Assembly: GCA_937934745.1 (NCBI GenBank)
Contig: CALGZC010000015.1
Coordinates: 61,062-125,061, forward strand
Length of the DNA stretch: 64,000 nt
Direction: 5' to 3'
DNA from: an uncultured Blastocatellia bacterium
GTDB taxonomy: Bacteria > Acidobacteriota > Blastocatellia > Chloracidobacteriales > Chloracidobacteriaceae
Positions 56,209-64,000 of this stretch are shown piece by piece. The notes under the pieces are model-generated. The model did not search any database. It was not told the origin of the DNA and saw only the letters and a list, made by a program, of their open reading frames with translations. The position numbers were made by a program, and so were the translations under genes. Numbering within the stretch: position 1 is the first letter of the stretch; each line of letters starts with the position of its first letter.

Positions 56209-56918
56209 GTCTCAGTCGCCACCAAACTATTCTGTTCGTCGGTCAGCACGCCGAAACGGCGCAACTGGTTGAGCAGACCCTAACCGTCGCCGGTTATCAG
56301 GTTTTGGTGGCGCCCACCCCGGAAGCGGCGCAGGCTCTGTGCAATCCGCCCCCAACGCTGGTCATCGTGGACACCACGCCGGGCATCGGCGAGTTAGCTC
56401 CGGCACGGATTGTGCGGGAGCGGCTGGTGACGACGCCGATCATCGTGCTGACACGCCTACCGGATGAGATCCTCTCGCGTGCCATGGAGCGGCTGCGGCT
56501 TTCGTCGCTGGTGAAACCTGTGACGCCATCGCTTTTGCTCGCAACGGTCGCCGATGAGATTGAGTGGGCCCATAACCAGGGGGCGCACAGCCGCATCACT
56601 TCGCCGCTAGAGACGCTGGCCATCAGCGATGACTTGGTCTTTTTTCTCGGAAACCTGCGTTTTGCGCCGCCGCTTAATGTCGTTTACCGCAAGAGCGCCG
56701 AGCTGGAAGCTGCCCTCGCCAAGGCAGAGCTTGATCCGTCTAACCGGACGCTGTTTGATCTGTTTGATGGGCAGCATACGTTGGCCGACATCATTGCCAA
56801 CCTGCCTTACCTTGAACCGAAGATTGTGTTGTTGGCAACTTACCTGGTCGGGATTGGATGGCTTGTTCCGTTGACCGGTGAGCTTGGGCTGCATGGCGTT
56901 TCGGCAGCGAACCGCTAG
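56205..56918 (+). CDS. atypical response regulator (REC plus small winged-helix-like domain)
   Basis: REC fold with VIVD, VLT and VKP but no acidic pair (FVGQH); C-terminal FDGQHTLADII; ATGA overlap with the upstream gene. Confidence 0.75.
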   Translation: MSLSRHQTILFVGQHAETAQLVEQTLTVAGYQVLVAPTPEAAQALCNPPPTLVIVDTTPGIGELAPARIVRERLVTTPIIVLTRLPDEILSRAMERLRLSSLVKPVTPSLLLATVADEIEWAHNQGAHSRITSPLETLAISDDLVFFLGNLRFAPPLNVVYRKSAELEAALAKAELDPSNRTLFDLFDGQHTLADIIANLPYLEPKIVLLATYLVGIGWLVPLTGELGLHGVSAANR

Positions 56919-56942
56919 CCATAGTGCGCAGAGAGGGCCGCC

Positions 56943-57194
56943 ATGGTTGTCGATGTGATTATGTGGGCGAAGGAAGTGGAGCTGCGCGGACTCCCGCGTG
57001 CCCTAGAGGTTGAGTATGAAGGCCGCGGAGCGTTCTGGGTAACGCGCGGCCTGCGGATGACACGCAGCCTGTTTGAGCTACTGGAGATCGAACATCCTGA
57101 GCTGACGTTTCGCAAGTACGTTGTTCCCTCTCCGCCTTCGGTCGCGGCTTCAAGTTCAACGCCAAGCAATACTGAAGGAGCTGCCCTGGTATGA
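56943..57194 (+). CDS. small hypothetical protein (83 aa)
   Basis: GAGAGGG upstream; stop overlaps the next ATG; natural composition. Confidence 0.65.
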   Translation: MVVDVIMWAKEVELRGLPRALEVEYEGRGAFWVTRGLRMTRSLFELLEIEHPELTFRKYVVPSPPSVAASSSTPSNTEGAALV

Positions 57195-57505
57195 CATCAC
57201 CGCGGGTCGAAGCGCTGCACAAGATGCTTGCCGCCAACCCCGGCAATGCCATGGCGCACTATGGGCTGGCCAATGAGTACTGGAAACTGGCCGATTATGC
57301 AGCCGTCGTCAAACACCTGACTGCCTACCTGGAGGCCAGCGACGACCAGGGCGCAGGCTACCGTCTGTTGGGACAGGCATATCAGCGTTTGGGCGACATC
57401 GAAGCCGCCCGTGCAGCCTGGCGACAGGGACAACACGCTGCCGAACGGCACGGACATCCCACGATGGCCGCCGAAATCGGCGAACTGATCAGCACTCTGG
57501 AGTAG
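57191..57505 (+). CDS. small TPR protein
   Basis: P.N.MAHYGLANEY and GYRLLGQAY TPR pattern. Confidence 0.85.
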   Translation: MTSPRVEALHKMLAANPGNAMAHYGLANEYWKLADYAAVVKHLTAYLEASDDQGAGYRLLGQAYQRLGDIEAARAAWRQGQHAAERHGHPTMAAEIGELISTLE

Positions 57506-57508
57506 ACC

Positions 57509-58213
57509 ATGGCCGAGCAACGTGAACAAGCGCCCCCGTTGTCGGTACGGTTCATGCACCGCCGCTGGAGGTGGTTTCTTCTGGCGGGCTTGATAGCGGG
57601 TGCTGCCGCCGGAGGCTATCTGTGGTTCCAGCGCGCCGGCAGCAGCGCCAGGCAGGCCGAGGCGACACTGCGGGTCATTGCGGCTACTGATGGTCTGCCG
57701 CTGGATGGGCGATTGGCCGATCTACCGGGGTCGAGGCAAGCCGTTGTATCGCGGAGCGGGCGTCACAGTGATGAAACCCGGCGCCAACTGAGGGCCACGC
57801 GCCAGAATCTCGAGCAGCAACTCTTGCGCGGGGCGTCGCCGGATGGCCACCGCACTTTGGGTCGTTTTTATCTAGCCGAAGCACGTCCGCTGGCAGCGTT
57901 TGCGCATTTGCAACTGGCGTTACAGCAGTTCCCACGTGATGCGCGCCTGCACAGTGACTGTGGGTTGGCGCTTCTTGAGCTGGCTCGCCAGACGCCGGAG
58001 GCAGCGGCAGAAGCTTTAGAAGCATTTGAGGAGGCACTGCGTCTTCAACCCGACCTATTGGAGGCACGCTACAACCGCGCGCGGGCGCTGGAGCTGTTGG
58101 AACGTCACGCCGAGGCGCTTGATGCCTGGCGCGATTACGCCGCCCGTGATGCGCAATCGGCTTGGGGAGCCGCTGCGCGCGACCGGATTGCCTTTCTGGA
58201 GCGCTACCGGTGA
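57509..58213 (+). CDS. membrane-anchored TPR protein
   Basis: N-terminal TM (WFLLAGLIAGAAAGGYLWF); TPR repeats (LEARYNRARALELL). Confidence 0.8.
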   Translation: MAEQREQAPPLSVRFMHRRWRWFLLAGLIAGAAAGGYLWFQRAGSSARQAEATLRVIAATDGLPLDGRLADLPGSRQAVVSRSGRHSDETRRQLRATRQNLEQQLLRGASPDGHRTLGRFYLAEARPLAAFAHLQLALQQFPRDARLHSDCGLALLELARQTPEAAAEALEAFEEALRLQPDLLEARYNRARALELLERHAEALDAWRDYAARDAQSAWGAAARDRIAFLERYR

Positions 58214-58315
58214 TGCGTACGGGTGGGCTGTCGCCGCGCACAAACATGGCGCGCAGCGTAGCCCGCCTGTTCGACCGGCAGCATCGGCCACAACCAGGCT
58301 GGTGCGCAGGACACT

Positions 58316-59170
58316 CTAACGAATGCTGGCTGCGACCCGAAAACCAACAGACTCAAGCTTGAGTTCCGGGTCAAGCTTATACCGCACGGCCGACCGGCAG
58401 GCGGCACTGTTGGCAAAGTACGATCCGCCCCGGATCACGCGCCATAAGCCGTTGGTCGGACCGGTTGGATCCTCGGCCGGACTCTTCTTATAGTAAAAAT
58501 CGTCGTACCAGTCCTGGCACCACTCACGGACGTTGCCCTGCATATCGTGCAAGCCAAAGGCATTCGGAGTCTTCTTTCCGACCGGGTGTGTTTTTCCGCC
58601 GGCATTGTCAAAGTACCAGGTCGTGGCGTCTAGGTCGCCGTAGTACTTGCCGGTCGTGCCGGCGCGGCAGGCATATTCCCATTCGGCTTCCGTCGGCAGC
58701 CGATAAAACAGGGCATCGCCTGCGTCATTCAGGCGCTGGATGAAGTCCTGCACATCCTTCCAGGAAATGCTGTCCACCGGTAGATCATCGCCGACGAATT
58801 TGCTGGGGTTAGTACCCATGATTTGCTTCCACTGGGCTTGTGTGACCTCGTACTTACCGAGATAAAACGGTCGGCTGATGGTGACGCGGTGTGGTGGTTG
58901 CTCATCCGGTTCACCACCGGCTTCGCCCATGGTGAACTCTCCGGCCGGAATCAGGACAAGTTCAATCCCGGCTACACCGGCCATGGTTTTGGGTAGGTTA
59001 TTGGGATCAAGGAGCGGTACATTTTTGTTGGCGCGTGAGACCCCACTCGGCACACCACCGGGATTGGTCGTATCACGGTCGCAACCGATCCCGGCAAACC
59101 AGCAGATGAACAGTGCACACCAACTCACCAAAACCCGTTTTCGACACTTCATCACCGCTAATCCCTTCAT
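58316..59170 (-). CDS. FGE/SUMF1-fold lipoprotein
   Basis: lipobox AGIGC; IPAGEFTMG, YEVTQAQW, RLPTEAEWEYACRAG, NVREWCQD and GFRV; ATG 59170 with AAGGA. Confidence 0.9.
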   Translation of the reverse strand: MKGLAVMKCRKRVLVSWCALFICWFAGIGCDRDTTNPGGVPSGVSRANKNVPLLDPNNLPKTMAGVAGIELVLIPAGEFTMGEAGGEPDEQPPHRVTISRPFYLGKYEVTQAQWKQIMGTNPSKFVGDDLPVDSISWKDVQDFIQRLNDAGDALFYRLPTEAEWEYACRAGTTGKYYGDLDATTWYFDNAGGKTHPVGKKTPNAFGLHDMQGNVREWCQDWYDDFYYKKSPAEDPTGPTNGLWRVIRGGSYFANSAACRSAVRYKLDPELKLESVGFRVAASIR

Positions 59171-59480
59171 TTTGATTTTCCTTTGATGCGTCCAATCCTG
59201 GCCCACACCGCTGCTGACCACCGACCTCACCCGTTCTGTGGAACGCGAGACCAGCCCAGACATGAAGGCCGTGACTGTGAAGAAAGGTAATGAAAGCCAA
59301 GTGATCTTAACGCAATGTTAACCGCATGGCCCCTGCGCGGAAGTTCGTCTGGCCGTAAACAACATCCGTCGTGAAGTAGGTGGTGTCGGTCTGGAACAAA
59401 CCAAGTCTGTTTGCAAGCAACGGCGCCTTCGGCATACAAATGTGTAGAAATCCCCGACCCGCACCTGAGGAAGAGTGCCC

Positions 59481-60059
59481 ATGGCTCTGACGCCATCTTC
59501 AATGCCGGCGCTGGGAACGCCAGCCCCGGACTTCACGCTGCCGGATGTGACGACCAGGAAGCAGGTTTCACTGGCAACCTTTGCCGAGCATCCCGTGCTG
59601 TTGGTGATGTTCATTTGCCGGCACTGTCCGTACGTCAAGCACGTCCAGGTCGAGTTGGCGCGGTTGGCCAACGAATACGTCGCCAAGGGCGTTGGCGTCG
59701 TCGCGATTAGCTCGAACGATGCCGCGACGTACCCCGACGATGCGCCGGATTCGCTCCGCGACATGGCGCGCGAGCTGGGCTTTCGGTTTCCTTACCTTTA
59801 CGACGAAACCCAGGCGGTGGCCAAAGCTTTCCAAGCCGCCTGCACGCCGGATTTCTTTGTCTATGACCGCGCGCGGACGCTTGTCTATCGCGGACAGATG
59901 GATGACAGCCGCCCCGGCAATGGACGCCCCGTCACTGGCGATGACCTGCGCCGGGCGCTCGATGCCGCGCTGGCCGGCGAGCCGCCACTGCCTAACCAGA
60001 AGCCGAGTGTCGGCTGCAACATCAAGTGGCGACCGGGTAACGAACCCGCCTATGCCTGA
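59481..60059 (+). CDS. thioredoxin-like AhpC/TSA-family protein
   Basis: APDFTLPD, FICRHCPYV, AACTPDFF, YRGQMDD and GCNIKW. Confidence 0.9.
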   Translation: MALTPSSMPALGTPAPDFTLPDVTTRKQVSLATFAEHPVLLVMFICRHCPYVKHVQVELARLANEYVAKGVGVVAISSNDAATYPDDAPDSLRDMARELGFRFPYLYDETQAVAKAFQAACTPDFFVYDRARTLVYRGQMDDSRPGNGRPVTGDDLRRALDAALAGEPPLPNQKPSVGCNIKWRPGNEPAYA

Positions 60060-60067
60060 CGCGGTCT

Positions 60068-60709
60068 ATGTTCACCGGTATCATTGAGGAAGTCGGGCGA
60101 GTTGAGCGGCTGGACCGCCGCTCAAGCGGCGGCGTTGTGGCCATTGCCGCCCAGACTGTCCTCGAAGGAACGAAACTCGGCGACAGCATTGCCGTCAACG
60201 GCGTCTGCCTGACGGTGACATCGCTGGCGGCAACCGGATTTACGGCCGACGCCTCGGAAGAAACGCTGCGAGTTTCCGCCTTGGGCGAGCTGCGGGTAGG
60301 CGACGGCGTCAACCTGGAGCGTGCCCTGGCCGTCGGCGCGCGGCTCGGCGGCCACATCGTGCAGGGCCACGTGGACGCTGTGGGCCGCTTTCTCGCGCGC
60401 CGACCAAGCGGCAACTCAGTCACGATGCGCTTTGGCTTTCCGCCCGAAATCGGGCGCTACCTGGTTCACAAGGGCAGCATTGCCGTGGACGGCGTCAGCC
60501 TCACCGTGGCCGCGCTGGGTGATGATTGGTTTGAGGTCGCCGCGATCCCGGCCACGCTTGACTGGACGACGCTGCCCCAACTCAAGCCCGGCGCAGCCGT
60601 CAACCTTGAAGCGGACGTGCTGGCCAAATACGTCGAGCGGCTTTGGAAGCATTCATCGTCCGTGACGCCGCAGCTGACCGCGGAACGCCTGCGCGACCTT
60701 GGTTACTGA
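60068..60709 (+). CDS. ribE: riboflavin synthase (alpha chain)
   Basis: MFTGII N-terminus, GDSIAVNGVCLTV, VNLERA and GGHIVQGHVD. Confidence 0.96.
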   Translation: MFTGIIEEVGRVERLDRRSSGGVVAIAAQTVLEGTKLGDSIAVNGVCLTVTSLAATGFTADASEETLRVSALGELRVGDGVNLERALAVGARLGGHIVQGHVDAVGRFLARRPSGNSVTMRFGFPPEIGRYLVHKGSIAVDGVSLTVAALGDDWFEVAAIPATLDWTTLPQLKPGAAVNLEADVLAKYVERLWKHSSSVTPQLTAERLRDLGY

Positions 60710-60730
60710 CCGCGCGCCTTCTCGTCCACT

Positions 60731-62167
60731 TCATTCGCCGGTCAGCTCGGCCTCTGTCAGCTTGAGCGCCGCCTGCGCCTCCGGTGACAGGAGGACGACG
60801 GCCACGTGCGGCTGCCCGATGATGTATGTGCGTAGATAGCGCTGAATGTCCGCCCGCGAGGTCCGGCGCAGCGTCGGCAGATACCCGCGGAAATACTCCA
60901 GCCCCGTCGAAGCCCACCAGAAGCTCAGCGAGTGGATGTGCTCGCTGACTTTTTCGCGCGAAAATAAATCATCGGCTTCAAGCAGGGTTTTGGCAATGGC
61001 CAGCTCTTCATCGGTGAAGTAGTCGGCGTCGGCAAAGCGTGCAATCTCGGCATAGACGGCCTTGAGCGCGGCGCGCACTTTTTCCGGCGTGGTCTGGAAG
61101 GTCAGCGTAATCGGCCCGACGTTGCGCTGGGTGAGGTACATCAAATCCACCCCCGTCGTCAGCCCGCTGTCCGCGAGCGCGCGCTGAAAGCGCGAGTTCG
61201 GCTGCCGCAGGATGAACGAAAAGACATCCGCCGCGTAGGTCGCGGCGTTGTCCTTGCCAATCGAGGGGCCGTGCCAGCCGATCTGTACCGTCACCGTCTG
61301 GACCGGCTGGACGACCACGCCCCCTTCGCTTCTCGCCAGCGGCGGGTGCTCGACCAGCGGATGTTGCTCGAACGGGTCGTCGCCGCGCGGCCAGTCGCCG
61401 AAATACTTGGCCACAAGACGAAACGCCTCTTCGGGCCGAACGTCGCCGGCGACCAGCACCGCCGCGTTGTTGGGAATGTAGTAGCGCCGCTGGATCAGCC
61501 GCATCTGGTCGGTTGTGGCATTGGCAACGGTGGCGCGCGTCCCCAGCGGGTTTTTGCGGCTCGTGTACTTGGCGAACAACCGCCGCGTCATCTCCGTCGA
61601 GAGGTAGTAGTACGGGTTGGACTCGTTGCGGTCAATCTCGCCCAGCACGACTTCTTTCTCGCGCGCAAACTCCTCTTCGTCAAAGGCCGGATACAGCGCC
61701 GCGTCGCGCATGAAACGCAGCGCCGTCGGCAGGTGGCGGCTCAGCGTTGTGAAGTAGTAGTTGACCAGCTCCGTCTGCGTCGCGCCGTTGTAGATGATGC
61801 CCAGTTCGCCAATCGCGCGGAGGTATTCCTCCTGATTTTTTACGGCGCGGTTGGCCTTGAAAAACATGTGCTCGTAAAGATGCGACAGGCCGTTGAGTTC
61901 GGGCGGCTCGGTGTAGGCGCCGTTCCGACACGCCAGCTCAATCGTCACCAGCGGCACGGCATGGTCTTCATACACGATGACTTCCAGCCCGTTGGCGAGG
62001 CGACGGTTGAAAAGCTGGGCGTAGTCGGTCGGCGCGCGCCCGTCATCCGGTTGCATGCGCGCCGGCTTGGGCTTCTGAAGGGCCCGGGAAGCCGCGCCCG
62101 GCGGTAGCGCCCAGCTCGGCGCGGACAGCCAGAGCCAAAGCGACAAGACAACAAGCCAAAAACGCAT
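60731..62167 (-). CDS. M16 (pitrilysin-like) zinc peptidase, exported
   Basis: HxxEH (HLYEH), NGAT, EKEVVLGE; signal peptide from ATG 62167. Confidence 0.92.
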   Translation of the reverse strand: MRFWLVVLSLWLWLSAPSWALPPGAASRALQKPKPARMQPDDGRAPTDYAQLFNRRLANGLEVIVYEDHAVPLVTIELACRNGAYTEPPELNGLSHLYEHMFFKANRAVKNQEEYLRAIGELGIIYNGATQTELVNYYFTTLSRHLPTALRFMRDAALYPAFDEEEFAREKEVVLGEIDRNESNPYYYLSTEMTRRLFAKYTSRKNPLGTRATVANATTDQMRLIQRRYYIPNNAAVLVAGDVRPEEAFRLVAKYFGDWPRGDDPFEQHPLVEHPPLARSEGGVVVQPVQTVTVQIGWHGPSIGKDNAATYAADVFSFILRQPNSRFQRALADSGLTTGVDLMYLTQRNVGPITLTFQTTPEKVRAALKAVYAEIARFADADYFTDEELAIAKTLLEADDLFSREKVSEHIHSLSFWWASTGLEYFRGYLPTLRRTSRADIQRYLRTYIIGQPHVAVVLLSPEAQAALKLTEAELTGE

Positions 62168-62375
62168 AACCTGTGGGTTTCGGGTGCAGGGAAATCGTTC
62201 GGCGTCGTTTTCTGGCCGGAGTAAGGCTATCTTGGCGGGGGCGCTCGGCTGCGTCAATGCGGCAAACAGCGCCGCCAAGCTAGTTCAGCCAAAAAGTCAA
62301 CAAAAAAGCGCGCCAAAATCGCGCGCGAGTCGGCGCGGCGCGCGAACGCCCGGCGCCCCTTGTCGCCTGCCGCCG

Positions 62376-62408
62376 GGAAAAAGCCGACAGCTCAACCATC
62401 TGTCGGCT
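62376..62408 (-). terminator. candidate intrinsic terminator
   Basis: AGCCGACAG (62382-62390) / CTGTCGGCT (62400-62408) followed by a T-run on the minus strand. Confidence 0.55.
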
Positions 62409-62991
62409 CAGCGCAGAAATCCACATTCGGCGGAGGCGCCGCATTGCCATCCGACCCGTTGACGTAGCTCGCGGGCGACGCCCGATGGAACAATCTCAAG
62501 CCATGAGAACGGTCAGTCCTCAATCCGTTCTCAACTGCGGGACACGGATCGTTTGGCGCGCGCATCCCCGCGTTTCGTCGCGGACGCCTTCAAAGGAACC
62601 GTCCAAGCCATAGTTCGGCGCGGACGGAGTGACTTATCCCGCCATCAGCTTGCGTTCATCAGGGAGCGGTATCCGCCGATTGCGCCAGGGTCGGCGGCGA
62701 CAACCACAGCGCCACCCAGCCCAGGGCGACCAACCGCGCAGGCCACTTGACCGGAAAGCTTGTAGCAATCGCACTTTCTTTGCGATTGCCTAACTTGACA
62801 TTGCCCTGCGCCACAACAGCCAACGCAAGCCGCGCGAAGCAGGCAGGTCAAGGGGCGCGCTGGGCTGTCGAAGGCGGGCGTCGGGGCCAGGGCGACGTGT
62901 CAACCGCGCCTGACTCGGCTATAAACACGTTCTTCGCCCCGGTGTCGCTGCCGGTCACTGTCTTTGCGCTTGCTTGCAACCTGATGTCCAC

Positions 62992-64000
62992 ATGACGCTT
63001 TCTACGCCAACCGCTTCGCTTGCCCCGCCGCTCGCCGTCTCGCAGACGGCCCAACCGACAACGCCAGCGCCAACGCCCTGGCAACGGCTCCTCCGGTTCT
63101 GCGCGCCGTACTGGAAGAGCTTTGCGCTCGGCGGGCTGTGTATTTTGGCCAGCGCCTACGCCAACCTGTGGTCGCCAAAGATCATTCGGGCCGCCGTGGA
63201 TGACCTCCGCATCGGCATCACGCAGGAAAAGGTGACGCGCTACGCGCTGCTGGTCGTGGGGATTGCCGCCGCGCGCGGGCTGTTTTTGTTCTGGCAGCGG
63301 CGCATCCTCATCAACCGCTCGCGGGACATCGAGTACGACCTGCGCAACGCCTTTTACGCGCACCTGCAACGGCAGCCGCCGGCGTTCTTTCACCGCCAGC
63401 GGATTGGCGATCTGATGTCGCGCGCGACGAACGACATCGGCGCGGTGCGCATGCTGATCGGGCCGGCGGTGCTGTACGGCCTCAACACGCTGTTTACCGT
63501 GGCGCTGGTTTTGCCGGCCATGCTCGCTGTCAACGCGACGCTGACAGCCTTTGCCCTCATCACCCTGCCGCTGGCGGCGGCGGCGACAAAGTACTTCGGC
63601 GCGCGCATCCACGAGCGCTCGGAGCAGGTGCAGGCCTACTTCGGCCTGGTGACAGCCAAGGCGCAGGAGAACTTTTCCGGCGCGCGCGTCATCCGCGCCT
63701 TTGCGCAGGAAGCCGCCGAGGAAGCCGCGTTTGACGCCATGAACCGCGAGCTGGTCCGGCGCAATCTACAGTTGGTCAAGTTGTCGGCGCTGTTTCGCCC
63801 CATCCTGGATATTTTGTTCGGACTCGGGCCGGCGATTGCGCTGTGGTACGGCGGGCGGCTGGTTCTGCGCGGCGACCTCACGCTAGGGCAATTCGTGGAA
63901 TTCAACCTCTATCTCGCTATGCTGGTCTGGCCGATGATTGCGCTCGGGTGGGTCGTCAACCTGACACAGCGCGGACTGGCCAGCATGGGACGCCTTGCCA
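62992..64000 (+). CDS. ABC exporter (MsbA/YheI-like) transmembrane region, truncated by the window end
   Basis: frame open from ATG 62992 to the end: RDIEYDLRN, RIGDLMSRATND, QENFSGARVIRAF; absent from the ORF track because no stop lies in the window. Confidence 0.9.
   Translation, partial: MTLSTPTASLAPPLAVSQTAQPTTPAPTPWQRLLRFCAPYWKSFALGGLCILASAYANLWSPKIIRAAVDDLRIGITQEKVTRYALLVVGIAAARGLFLFWQRRILINRSRDIEYDLRNAFYAHLQRQPPAFFHRQRIGDLMSRATNDIGAVRMLIGPAVLYGLNTLFTVALVLPAMLAVNATLTAFALITLPLAAAATKYFGARIHERSEQVQAYFGLVTAKAQENFSGARVIRAFAQEAAEEAAFDAMNRELVRRNLQLVKLSALFRPILDILFGLGPAIALWYGGRLVLRGDLTLGQFVEFNLYLAMLVWPMIALGWVVNLTQRGLASMGRLA

Noticed and set aside
58316-59170. True formylglycine-generating enzyme or DGR target
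   Set aside because: The catalytic Cys pair is absent (GGSYFANSAAC); no reverse transcriptase or template repeat lies in the window
59340-59470. FMN or c-di-GMP riboswitch upstream of redoxin-ribE
   Set aside because: No RFN core (AGGGC...GGTG.AATTCC) or GEMM GNRA/GCAAA pattern could be matched
62848-63905. Minus-strand ORFs of 254, 72 and 89 aa
   Set aside because: Antisense to the truncated ABC exporter that the ORF track missed

Overview
64 kb of a GC-rich bacterial chromosome; gene style and content suggest Acidobacteriota, probably Chloracidobacterium-like (inference, no search run). The backbone is mostly housekeeping: CIRCE-groES-groEL, tmRNA (tag AETQELALAA), dacB, tldD, alaS, trxA, oppD-like ATPase, tRNA-Glu(CUC), smc, lpxK, tRNA-Leu(UAA), aminotransferase, polA, hslU, dciA, icd, hppA, thrB, prfA, rlmN, thiolase, ribE, an M16 peptidase and a truncated ABC exporter. 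I found no CRISPR array, integrase or transposase. The most interesting part is the signalling-rich segment at about 42.9-58.2 kb. It holds (i) a GAF-like/pseudo-histidine kinase/REC/GGDEF protein whose phospho-His is Tyr and whose guanine-reading Asp (PleD D344 position) is Asn, (ii) an intact REC-PAS histidine kinase, (iii) a membrane protein with a degenerate PP2C/SpoIIE domain, and (iv) a tightly coupled five-gene operon of unknown function (Hpt-like/HhH protein, atypical REC-wHTH protein, 83-aa protein, two TPR proteins). Nearby are an alpha/beta hydrolase lacking its nucleophile, a kinase paired with an STN-TPR protein, a zinc-finger subtilase, several candidate operators and two apparently higher-GC blocks. 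All calls come from motif reading by eye and established family knowledge; none was database-verified.
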